A stretch of DNA of 63,981 nucleotides, the filler included, from Octopus bimaculoides (taxonomy: Eukaryota), in NCBI RefSeq assembly GCF_001194135.2. It is 6 parts of 6 records of this genome, joined end to end, with 100 filler letters (N's around TTAATTAATTAA, not from the genome) between each part and the next. Parts side by side here need not be neighbours in the genome. Positions count along the whole stretch, not along the records: positions 46,420 to 58,491 come from NC_068981.1; positions 58,592 to 60,539 come from NW_026322969.1; positions 60,640 to 62,820 come from NC_068994.1; positions 62,921 to 63,981 come from NC_069000.1; 2 more parts are not named here. One strand, 5' to 3'. Within the stretch, counting starts at the first letter, position 1, and every line of letters begins with the position of its first letter. The notes beneath the pieces are model-generated. The model was not told where the DNA came from and ran no database searches. It saw only the letters and a list, made by a program, of their open reading frames with translations. The translations under genes were made by a program, and so were the position numbers. Of the stretch, positions 53,102 to 63,981 are shown one piece after another.

Positions 53102-53776
53102 GATACATGCACTCTCTCTCTCGGTTTTGGTCTCAAACCTTTATCATTATTACTGAAACAGGACTCTGTCATCATGCCAATGTCTACTTTTGAAAATGCA
53201 TTAGAAATGAAGGTTCTGAAGAAAAGCAAAAGATATACAGTTATTGCAAAGAATATAGACTATTTAGCAAACTGAAAATTCTGAACTCACGCAATCTATT
53301 TAAGTTTTGGTCATGACTATGACTATATACATTTTCACCTTCATTCCTGAATAAATAATAGGAAGAAACTTGAAGTAACTGAGATTTGTATTAAAATGTC
53401 AAGGAATCTTTGTAATGCAAAATGGAAAATTTCCCTCCAAAAATCCTTTTAAAATTCTAAGACAGATTATTGCATTGTCTGGGCATTTTCAATTGTGATG
53501 TATTATCACCAAAAGATTTGTTGTCTTGAAATATCTCACAAAATAATACTTAACTTATGATGGAGAGCAAGGGACTGGGAATTTTAATCAAAAATAGGAT
53601 CTTTGGGTAATCATAAAAGCTTGGAATTAGACTGCACTGTAAAACATAACCCATTGTATCAGTATCTAAAACATTGTGTAATATATATCTTGATAACTTT
53701 GGACTGTTTATATGCCAAAGGTAAGTTCAGTACTGGATGAGTACAGCTGAATGAACATAATTTGTAAATTAAGTTC

Positions 53777-53824
<48 letters not shown>

Positions 53825-55309
53825 NNNNNNNNNNNNNNNNNNNNNNNNNNNNNNNNNNNNNNNNNNNNNNNNNNNNNNNNNNNNNNNNNNNNNNNNNNNN
53901 NNNNNNNNNNNNNNNNNNNNNNNNNNNNNNNNNNNNNNNNNNNNNNNNNNNNNNNNNNNNNNNNNNNNNNNNNNNNNNNNNNATATATATATATATATAT
54001 ATACAATCATTCATATGTTTATTTTTGTAAGATTTTTGATGTTAAACTTGCAGATTACAGAAGTCTGTAATGTTAAGCATAAAATTCTATCCCCACCCCC
54101 ACACTGCACATCATTATACATACAACTACAAAATTGTTTAGATTTAATTTATTCTTATTTATGTTTTCCAAGGGAATTCTATAATTTAAGAAATGTCACT
54201 TGTTTGTCAAACTAAAATTATATTTTTGCTCTATTGGTTTATGTAAATGTCTATTAATACAGAAATTGAAGTTGTAGGATCTGTTGTTTGCATGACAAAC
54301 TATAACAAATTATACATAAGCAAAATATATATCATGGCTTAATGGATAATTGTTTCTTTTTCAGAATAGCTTATATGTTAGTATGACAAATTTTAGTGCC
54401 ATTACACTGTCTTCACTGTGAACATATTAAGTTTCTGTTCCTGGCAATATAATTAGATATGTGGGTTTATTTATTCACAAAGAAAACATATACATATATA
54501 TAACATCAATGGTTACTTTAATTTAGTATAATTAACAATTAGTTGTTGTTTAGTCTCCAGCCAATCCTAAATTAAGTCTAGCTATGATCAAAAGCATCTT
54601 AAATGTAACTATGACCACACCTTGTTTTTAGCATATATAAGGCTATACTAACATGTCCTTTCTTTTTTAAGACAGTGAGGCATGATTTGAAGGTGATTTG
54701 GTTGTTACTTCTATCAGGTTGAGTGATCATATAATGTCACTTGTTGGCTTGTATGAAGTTAATATATTTAAGGGGTTGTTGAAATATTTAGTGTTTTTGG
54801 CACTTGTAGAAGACAACTGAACTCCAAAGAGACAGCTCTGAATAGGCATGTCCTTTTTTATGGAATACATTTTAAACTACGGTAGAGGTGTCAAAAGGTT
54901 GAAAGATGAATCTAATAAACATATAAGGAGATACAGTTCTATATTTAAGAGATGAGGAATTATGTACATTATTTATGCTATTTACATTTGATGGATATTT
55001 GTCCTCATCTTGTTTGTTGTTAATACAACGTTTCGCAAAGCTGTGACACGAGGAGATTTTGATAAATTGGGTATAGCTGATCATGTATGGAAAAATGGAT
55101 ACCCCCCCCCTGTGGGATGAAGTTAAAATAATAGACAGAGAACACCACTGGAAAATATGAAAACTAAAAGAAGCAACACATATGCTAGGACACAACAATC
55201 TCCTAAGCAGACCGAGTGCAGATATGAGCAGCATATGGGAACTGGTATTAAAGAAGGATAGAAAAACATTAGATTTATTAGCCCTCAAATTCACTCCATA
55301 ATTGCCCAT

Positions 55310-55387
55310 GAGCATATGGCATAGTGGTTAAGAGCGCGGGCTACTAACCCCAAAATTCCGAGTTCGATTCCAAGCAGTGACCTGAAC
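55310..55387 (+). promoter_or_regulatory. tRNA-like Pol III internal promoter (A and B boxes) inside the PLE element
   Basis: A-box TGGCATAGTGG 55317-55327, B-box GAGTTCGATTCC 55360-55371, anticodon-like loop CTACTAA; acceptor stem not formed. Confidence 0.7.
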
Positions 55388-55393
55388 AATAAC

Positions 55394-55430
<37 letters not shown>

Positions 55431-55469
55431 GTAATAACATCGAAAAATACCTTAGGAATGAGGACCCAA

Positions 55470-55515
55470 GATACCTGAAGAAGGGTGGAGGGTATATCAG
55501 CCGAAATGTTGTGTT
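55470..55515 (+). ncRNA. Minimal type I hammerhead-like motif of the PLE
   Basis: GATAC-CTGAAGA-A-GGGTGG-agggtata-TCAGCC-GAAA-TG-T-T-GTGTT; the inverted copy keeps GAAACGTT, so the ancestral helix III is the ACGT palindrome. Confidence 0.65.
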
Positions 55516-56179
55516 AACAACAAACAAGATGAGGACAAATATCCGTCAAATGTAAATAATGTATATAAGGAGATATCATAGAGTAAAAATTCAAAAGTGG
55601 AAGAGGCTATTATTAGTTTGCATCTAAAAGAGGACAAAGCTTATTTAAGTTGAGCAAAAGATTCAATTTCAATATGTTGAAAAGTGAATTCACTGTCAAA
55701 AAATACAAACTTACAAAAATAAAATGATTTCCAACTATATAGTAAAGTTCAGTAAATTCTTTCATTATATTATTTAATTATCACATGTAATAAAGAATTA
55801 AAAGTGAATCAGTGCAAAAATTGAACTGATATAGAGATGTGCTATATAAAACAAAAAACAAAACAAAAGAAAAAAAAGACGTGTATTTATGTAGTGGTTA
55901 CAGAGAATGCTCATAAAACAGGAAAAATCTAAAGGCTGCTTGGTGAGGACTTCTGATTTACATAAAGTTTGTCAGTGATTAGAAGTTTTCTATTTAGGCT
56001 TGTCTTTTTTTATTATTTTTAAATACAGTCAAATGACTGAAATAGACATGTTATTTCTTATGTACAGGAATAGTATCTCATTATTCTCTGTGTAACATTC
56101 TTTTAATTTTCATTTACTGGTTTCAGTCATTTGACTCTGGTCATATTGGGAAACCGCCTTTTATAGTATAGTTCTTTAC

Positions 56180-56312
56180 ATTGACCTCAGAATACTTATT
56201 GACTTCAGAGGGATGACAAATAAAGCGGACCTGGGCAGGGTTTGAATTCAGAACACAAGGAGTGTAACTAAATGCAAGATATTTTGTCCTATGCTCTACT
56301 GATTCAGCCATC
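56180..56312 (-). mobile_element. SINE family A, highly decayed (B tail remnant at about 56110-56165)
   Basis: GACCTGGGCAGGGTTTGAATTCAGAAC resembles the A B-box region. Confidence 0.5.
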
Positions 56313-56647
56313 TACATAGAATTTATATAATAATTAATTGTAGGTTCTTAGAATGTAATTTATCAAATAATAGAGCAATACCTTTGCAAAAAACATAATA
56401 GAATATAATGAGCAATAGTAATAGTACCTTGTTATATAGCCAGCAATCAACATGGTTTATATGTAAGATCTTAAACAGCTTCTATTGATGTAAAGATATC
56501 AGAAATTTGAAATCATTTGGTTGTGATTTTTGTGAATATATAATTTGAATGTATAGATTTTTAAGAACTTATTTTCCATTTTCTGAAATCTTTCATATTC
56601 AACAAAAATGATAATTACAATTTTCTGATTTATACTCTTTTTTCCAG

Positions 56648-57102
56648 AAATAACCATTCACCTGAAAATGGAGGAAAAGAACCAACAGTCACTGGTGAAC
56701 ATCAGGAAGAGGTTTCTCAAATAGAGAACTATAAAATATCAAAAGAAAGTCAAGAGGAAGACATAGAAAGCTCCTCTGTTAGAGCAACATCTTCTTCTGA
56801 AAGGACACTCAGAGCAAGTTCTCCCCGTCATATTTATTCTGATTTCTCTAGTGATACTGATAAACCTCAAGAGTTTTATTCATATCAGAAAACTTTAGCT
56901 AATAAAGCCAACTCACAATTGGAGAGAAGACGATTTCGGACTCGGGATAAAGATACACCTAGAAGATCTTCCTTGCAAGACAGTGTGTCTGACATTTCAG
57001 AGGATACTAGTTCTTCTGCTCAAACCTTTACTGATAGTAGACGTGTTCATCGAAAAAGAGATAAAAGTTCTTCTCGAAAATCATATCTGAACATCTCTGA
57101 AG
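56648..57102 (+). CDS. Internal coding exon (455 bp) of an unidentified gene; Ser/Arg/Glu-rich, likely disordered
   Basis: Acceptor tactcttttttccag, donor GAAG|gtaagt; 151 codons open in AT-rich surroundings: NNHSPENGGKEPTV...ERRRFRTRDKDTPRRSSLQDSVSDISEDTSSS...SYLNISE; phase 2 in, phase 1 out. Confidence 0.8.
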
Positions 57103-58361
57103 GTAAGTTTTAACATTTTTTATTTTTCTTTATCAATGTGATTTGATTATTTAGCTAAAGTTCTGTGTCTTTCAGGGATTGAATCCTCTAAAGTGTCTTT
57201 TACTTATTTACCACTAGATGTTTTTGATGTAGGAAATGGTGAAATAAATAGATATTATAGAAAAGTAATTGTAATAAATACTCAGGTAAATAATTAAATT
57301 TCATATAGTTCATGTAACAGGTTAATTTCAATTAACAGGAAATAGTGAGGGTTCTTATGTGCTGTTTTATGATATTTGGATGGATAAAAATTAGAGCCTA
57401 CTTAATATTGTATTAACAGTAAAAGAGCAATGCCTTCTTATTATAACTTGTCAGTAGAGATTAATGGATAAATATGCAATTAAGTTCTCTTAGAAAAGTG
57501 TTTTAAGCAAATTACAAGAAAAGAAGTCTTCTGAGCAGAGGCTGTGTATAAGGAGTTGAAAAACATTTGGAAGTGTCTTTTATCTTTTGTTTCAAAAAAG
57601 AAATTATGTTCAGTGTTGGATATTTTTAATGTCCCAGTAATGCAATTAATCGATGTCCCTTGTCATTACCTTTCAGATCAATACCTAGTACAAGTATTTT
57701 GTCAACAGATGTGCCTGTGTTGTTACCATTTAGAACAACCTGTGACTTAGTGCAGTTGATAAATCACATTGTTGTTAATTTATTTGAGTGGTTTTTTACT
57801 TCAATGTTGTGGAATCTTGGTAGTTTGTTTATGAAATGGTGTTGACTACAATGTTGTGGAGTTGGTAATAATGCTGTAGAATTGTAGAGTTGGCTGCAAC
57901 ATCATGAAAGATGTTCACTAGTGACAGTGCTTCTCAGTGTCTCACAGCAGACATAGCAGTAATGCATAGCAGACTAGCTATAGTGAACCAATAGCTTTTA
58001 CCGAGTAATCTATATTGGTCCAGGCACAAAACACAATGAATTTACACCTAACACATATGTGAATTCAACACTGTCACCCCATCTAATCAAAGCTCCAACT
58101 GGCAAAGCTGCAGTTGAGTTAACCCAAGAACTACCATGAATTTACCACACTCCATTTCCCAATGTATCAACAGGAATCAACAGAACCCTTCATTCTGTTA
58201 GTCTTAAATGTGACTATACAAATTAGTAACTAATTCTTGACAGTTTCTGTAATGTGTATGCATACTTTTCTCCACAATATACAAATGCATGTATCTGTGT
58301 GTGTGTGTGTGTGTGTTTGTTTGTGTGTGTGTCTATATTTATGTGTCTATATTTATGTGTG

Positions 58362-58480
58362 TCATCATCATCATCATCATCGTTTAACGTCCGCTTTCCA
58401 TGCTAGCATGGGTTGGACGATTTGACTGAGGACTGGTGAAACCGGATGGCAACACCAGGCTCCAGTCTGATTTGGCAGAG
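58362..58480 (-). mobile_element. Family D, inverted copy
   Basis: Reverse complement differs from 60724-60843 at only 2 positions. Confidence 0.9.
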
Positions 58481-58591
58481 TATATATATATNNNNNNNNN
58501 NNNNNNNNNNNNNNNNNNNNNNNNNNNNNNNNNNNTTAATTAATTAANNNNNNNNNNNNNNNNNNNNNNNNNNNNNNNNNNNNNNNNNNNN

Positions 58592-58628
<37 letters not shown>

Positions 58629-58891
58629 GTACAAGAATACATACCTCATTCTGTGCATATATATTTACTATATACGTGTGTGCGTGTGTGTAGGTATATA
58701 TATGTCTGTGTTCGTGTGTGCTGGGATATATGCATATATGTCTGCTCATACAGACGTATGTATACAAATACACGCGTACACACACGCACACACCTACACA
58801 TATCTAAATATACACATGTAAGTGTATTTATTTATAAGCATATATATATATATACCAAGAACTATAAGCACCTATGAATATATGTATGTGT

Positions 58892-58972
<81 letters not shown>

Positions 58973-60023
58973 AATACACACATACATGTACATATGTGTA
59001 TTTACAAATATATATGAACATACATTCAAACATAGTCACGCTATCAGAAGAAAATAGACATACGCACGTTTGTTCTGATTTGTGCATGATTGTTAATGAA
59101 AACCCCGTNNNNNNNNNNNNNNNNNNNNNNNNNNNNNNNNNNNNNNNNNNNNNNNNNNNNNNNNNNNNNNNNNNNNNNNNNNNNNNNNNNNNNNNNNNNN
59201 NNNNNNNNNNNNNNNNNNNNNNNNNNNNNNNNNNNNNNNNNNNNNNNNNNNNNNNNNNNNNNNNNNNNNNNNNNNNNNNNNNNNNNNNNNNNNNNNNNNN
59301 NNNNNNNNNNNNNNNNNNNNNNNNNNNNNNNNNNNNNNNNNNNNNNNNNNNNNNNNNNNNNNNNNNNNNNNNNNNNNNNNNNNNNNNNNNNNNNNNNNNN
59401 NNNNNNNNNNNNNNNNNNNNNNNNNNNNNNNNNNNNNNNNNNNNNNNNNNNNNNNNNNNNNNNNNNNNNNNNNNNNNNNNNNNNNNNNNNNNNNNNNNNN
59501 NNNNNNNNNNNNNNNNNNNNNNNNNNNNNNNNNNNNNNNNNNNNNNNNNNNNNNNNNNNNNNNNNNNNNNNNNNNNNNNNNNNNNNNNNNNNNNNNNNNN
59601 NNNNNNNNNNNNNNNNNNNNNNNNNNNNNNNNNNNNNNNNNNNNNNNNNNNNNNNNNNNNNNNNNNNNNNNNNNNNNNNNNNNNNNNNNNNNNNNNNNNN
59701 NNNNNNNNNNNNNNNNNNNNNNNNNNNNNNNNNNNNNNNNNNNNNNNNNNNNNNNNNNNNNNNNNNNNNNNNNNNNNNNNNNNNNNNNNNNNNNNNNNNN
59801 NNNNNNNNNNNNNNNNNNNNNNNNNNNNNNNNNNNNNNNNNNNNNNNNNNNNNNNNNNNNNNNNNNNNNNNNNNNNNNNNNNNNNNNNNNNNNNNNNNNN
59901 NNNNNNNNNNNNNNNNNNNNNNNNNNNNNNNNNNNNNNNNNNNNNNNNNNNNNNNNNNNNNNNNNNNNNNNNNNNNNNNNNNNNNNNNNNNNNNNNNNNN
60001 NNNNNNNNNNNNNNNNNNNNNNN

Positions 60024-60061
<38 letters not shown>

Positions 60062-60246
60062 TTAGGGAGAATTCACAAATAGAACAAAAGACGAAGACCG
60101 GTGGTTTAGCAACAGACATTTATTATTTTAACGCTCGAGAAATGAAAACGTCTTTAACGTTTCGAGCCTACACTCTTCCACAGAAAAGAACAGAGAAAGA
60201 AACAAGGAGAGAAAATAAAGAATGGGCAGTGGCTAAGAACCCCTTC

Positions 60247-60341
60247 AGATTTGCTCAAGAACACATCAGACAGTCCAGTTCGGGAATCGAACTCACAACC
60301 TCATGATTGTAATTCCGACGCTCTAACCACTGAGTCATGCG
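60247..60341 (-). mobile_element. SINE family E head
   Basis: GAATCGAACTCACAACCTCATGAT...GCTCTAACCACTGAG shared with 51595-51650. Confidence 0.8.
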
Positions 60342-60639
60342 TATATATATCTATATCTATATCTATACACACACACAAACACACAAACACACACATACTC
60401 ACCACATGTGCAGTCCCGGTTGGGACGGATGCTACTGATATTTAGCCCCATATATATATAATGTCGATCGCTTATTAACAATTTAAAACCTTATGGCAAA
60501 TGTGTATGTATGTACATGTGAATACATATATCGTTCATANNNNNNNNNNNNNNNNNNNNNNNNNNNNNNNNNNNNNNNNNNNNTTAATTAATTAANNNNN
60601 NNNNNNNNNNNNNNNNNNNNNNNNNNNNNNNNNNNNNNN

Positions 60640-60843
60640 AGCCGTTTTCGTGCGGGTGACACGTAAAAGCACCCACTACACTCTCTGAGTGGTTGGCGTT
60701 AGGAAGGGCATCCAGCTGTAGAAACTCTGCCAAATTAGATTGGAGCCTGGTGTTGCCATCCGGTTTCACCAGTCCTCAGTCAAATCGTCCAACCCATGCT
60801 AGCATGGAAAGCGGACGTTAAACGATGATGATGATGATGATGA
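60640..60843 (+). mobile_element. Family D, young copy
   Basis: Near-identical to 46424-46623; 5' end at linker. Confidence 0.9.
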
Positions 60844-61389
60844 AAAGACAACCAAATGAAATTGAAGATTCATGTTAAACAAACAGGTAAATTTTGTTAA
60901 CACAAATGAATTTCTCATCTAAACATCACTGCTTCCATCAAGACGGCAACTATGAAAATGAGTTACAATGATAATCTACAATGGAAAGTTTGTTTTGAAG
61001 AAGGCCATCCCTCTTAAATCCTACAAGATAACAGTAGTACCACAATACTTCTAGCTGATAAGAGAAATAATCCTAGTTATGATCAAGGCTTACTCTAACA
61101 AACTAACCCGTGTGATAAGAGACAGTAATTATAAGTGGCTAAAGAAGATCATATATTAACTACAGAGTTGCAATTATCAGGCTTACTGAAACAATACAAA
61201 AACCATTTTTCTGAAAACCAATACTGAAACTTTATGCAACAGCACAAAACAGGAACACCGTCTATGTTAAGGGTTAGATGTAGAACCTCAGCATGTCACT
61301 CCAAACAAATAGTAACTGATGAAAAGAACTCTTGCAAGACAATGTAATAGGAATATTGATATTGTAGACAAGAACAGCTAATTTCCAAC

Positions 61390-61790
61390 TAGAATATGAA
61401 ATACGTCAAGAATTGGAAGACATGACATGGGTTCTCCATTATCATCAGTAATAGCTGATATTTTTAAAGATAGACATGAACATACAGTATAAGTGAAATG
61501 TATAGCATAGATGATATACCCACTGACAATGACAACAACAGGAAATTGACTAAAGCTTATGGGCCCATATAGACTTCTATATGAATCTATACAATTTATT
61601 ATGAAGAAATAAAATAATAATTAAATATTATTCCAAGATGTTTGTGTGCAAGTGTCAGAACATCTGTAAACAGAAAATCAACATCTGGTTTCTATTTAAA
61701 TTGTAAGTCCAATCATCCTTAAAATGTCAAAATAAAGTATCATCAGAGGTCATTACCATCTGGTTAAACCATCATCTGCTCTGAAAATAA
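61390..61790 (+). mobile_element. Penelope-like element RT relic, very decayed (may extend about 60900-62150)
   Basis: MGSPLSSVIADIF (61427), YSIDDI (61501) and RKSTSGFYLNCKSNHP*NVK...IICSE (61672-61785) match the PLE motifs MGSPLSP..A..FM, YVDD and YRKPT..YL...S.HP...ICS. Confidence 0.75.
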
Positions 61791-62287
61791 TGTTTATACA
61801 AGTAGTATATCATTTGTAAAAGAAATACCCACCTGAGTCCACTCAAATTCTCTATCCTTTATAGCATAGGTCTAGCTAATATAAGAACAGTGTTCAAGAG
61901 CAATTCTACATCTTTCAGTTATTTTCCTAGAGTTAAGCTTTTTCACAAATGGAAGAATTAAAAAAACTGAATATGTAACTTCTGATAAATTTATGGTAAA
62001 ATGTGCTTATGGGAAGAAAGCCTTCGCAGTTACTGCCCACTTAACATTCAAATGCACAAGTTAGGTAAAATACCTTCTAAATTTTCTATCAGGCTAATTA
62101 CTATATGTACATACAAAACAAGTGTGAAAGGAGTTTGAGTCACCTCACACTTGTCCTTTTCAAACCCAAAACAATATTCCTCAGATCAAGCCCTTATCCT
62201 AGTCCAACTCTTCAATTTCTCTTTACAGGGATCCAAATCACTGACCCACCAACTAATGGTTTATTGCTCTCACTTTGAACATCCACA

Positions 62288-62820
62288 TTCTCAAATACCA
62301 TTTATCTCTCCCTCTCTTAATGACCACCAGTATAGTTTCAGTAAACCCAGTTCTACTGGAGAATTAGGTAACTCACCAACAGGCATTCTCCCTAAACTCA
62401 CCCACAGAAAAGGCCATTTAACTGATTAGCAATAAGTTTCTTGCCAATACTCTTCAACCACTGTCCCCCAGATGTTCTACTTTCAAACCAATCATACGTA
62501 AATACACACATATATATGTACCTATGGTTACCAATGACCTCATTCTAATTGGCGGGAATTGTAAGTTTACTTTCCATTTCTAACACCATCCTTCACCAGC
62601 GAGACATCTTTCTCAAATACCATTTATCTCTCCCTCTCTTAATGACCACCAGTATAGTTTCAGTAAACCCAGTTCTACTGGAGAATTAGGTAACTCACCA
62701 ACAGGCATTCTCCCTAAACTCACCCACAGAAAAGGCCATTTAACTGATTAGCAATAAGTTTCTTGCCAATACTCTTCAACCACTGTCCCCCAGATGTTCT
62801 ACTTTCAAACCAATCATACG
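62288..62820. repeat. 211-bp exact direct repeat (62288-62498, 62610-62820)
   Basis: No differences seen between the copies; the second ends at the assembly linker. Confidence 0.9.
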
Positions 62821-62920
62821 NNNNNNNNNNNNNNNNNNNNNNNNNNNNNNNNNNNNNNNNNNNNTTAATTAATTAANNNNNNNNNNNNNNNNNNNNNNNN
62901 NNNNNNNNNNNNNNNNNNNN

Positions 62921-63153
62921 GTGTGACAAGGCTGACCCTTTGAATTATAGGCACAACAGAAACAGGAAGTAAGAGTGAGAGAAAGTTGTGGTGAAAGAGT
63001 ACAGCAGGGTTCGCCACCATCCCCTGCCGGAGCCTCGTGGAGCTTTAGGTGTTTTCGCTCAATAAACACTCACAACACCCGGTCTGGGAATCAAAACCGC
63101 GATCCTATGACCGCGAGTCCGCTGCCCTAACCACTGGACCATTGCGCCTCCAC
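62921..63153 (-). mobile_element. SINE family C, 5' part (tail lost at linker)
   Basis: Highly similar to 44523-44756. Confidence 0.92.
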
Positions 63154-63847
63154 TCGACTTAGCTATACGAACGAATGAAAAACAAAATATTCCACTGTGG
63201 TTTGAACCATGATCCAAATGTGACAAAACTGGATACTGCAGTGACGCCTCATCCATTTTAATTCAGCAAATGAGCTAATGAGGCAACGTTTATGCGGTCA
63301 CTCGAAAGAGAGGGAAACAGCATCAATATCACCCTCAAATCACATCCTATCGTCCTAAAAAAAAAGAGTCGTTGGATAATGAAGAACGAGCTCCGGGATG
63401 TTCACGGATGGAACGCCTTTAATCGATTGGATTCGCCTGGGGTTGAAGAACAATAACCGTTCTCTGGTCGTATTTGTATGAACCTTAAATGAGGGATTGC
63501 TTTCTAGATGATACAAGGAAAGGAAGGGAAGAAAGAATGTATGATCGAAAGAAAACTCTCACCATTAGGATGTATCGTAAAATGATAACCAAATTTTTGT
63601 GAGATGAATAGAAAGTGTGTGTGGTGGGGGGTACAAAGTGAGACATCCACCACCTGAGAATGAAATGAGTAAAAAAAGAAAACAAAACGTGACGCAGTCT
63701 TTCAACGTTTAAGAAGGATATTTAGATGGCAAGTGAATGACGTAGGTGAATGCGTGAAGTGCCAGAGAAAGTAAATGAGGATTGATGGCTAGCAGCTAAT
63801 TACGTTTCGCACAGAAGTAGTTACACCACCACCACCACCACCACCTT

Positions 63848-63891
<44 letters not shown>

Positions 63892-63981
63892 TTACTACTT
63901 ATTCAGTCACAATTATTCATACAATTTCCATGTTCAGTCGATTTTTTTTCCTATGCACGTTAGAGGTGGGGTTACATGTTT

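Larger units (their letters stand above)
54961..55566 (+). mobile_element. Penelope-like (PLE) derived element: inverted end + GIY-YIG C-terminus + tRNA-like cassette + (AAT)n + hammerhead-like motif
   Basis: 55034-55301 encodes RKAVTRGDFDKLGIADHVWKNG..WDEVKIIDREHHWKI*KLKEA...IWELVL (one frameshift, one stop); 54979-55035 is the reverse complement of 55502-55558 (57 bp, 3 mismatches). Confidence 0.82.

Noticed and set aside
52871-53726. Strong donor-like sites at 52969 (aag|gtaagc) and 53721 (aag|gtaagt)
   Set aside because: No convincing acceptor plus coding frame; possibly UTR or cryptic sites.
57176-57285. In-phase next exon (tctttcag / cag|gtaaat; GIESSKV...INTQ)
   Set aside because: Only 36 codons, intron-like composition and a 73-bp intron; could be chance. 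Needs RNA evidence.

Overview
Eukaryotic, AT-rich, gap-ridden draft assembly sequence. The repeat landscape (dense di/tri/tetranucleotide microsatellites, several tRNA-headed SINE families, Dong/R4-type, RTE and Penelope-like retroelement relics) strongly resembles an octopus genome; this is pattern recognition, not a database result. There are no prokaryotic genes and no CRISPR array, and most ORFs in the supplied track are microsatellite or N-run artefacts. 1-44 kb is a graveyard of decayed transposons (Gypsy, mariner, Tigger, MITEs, Dong/R4, RTE, Helitron-like) and SINEs. From about 44.2 kb the sequence becomes visibly CpG-poor and looks like the body of a + strand host gene, with one well-supported 455-bp Ser/Arg-rich coding exon (56648-57102). 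The most interesting signal is a set of minimal type I hammerhead-ribozyme-like motifs with palindromic helix III from four unrelated sequence contexts. One lies in a Penelope-derived element that also carries a tRNA-like Pol III cassette and an inverted terminal copy (54961-55566). Two more, plus a partial third, lie in a degenerate tandem array of roughly 220-280 nt units resembling a retrozyme (25939-26505). Two are isolated (27932-27971, 30993-31031). All the motifs carry core or stem deviations, so activity of these copies is unproven. SINE family letters A-E are my own working labels.
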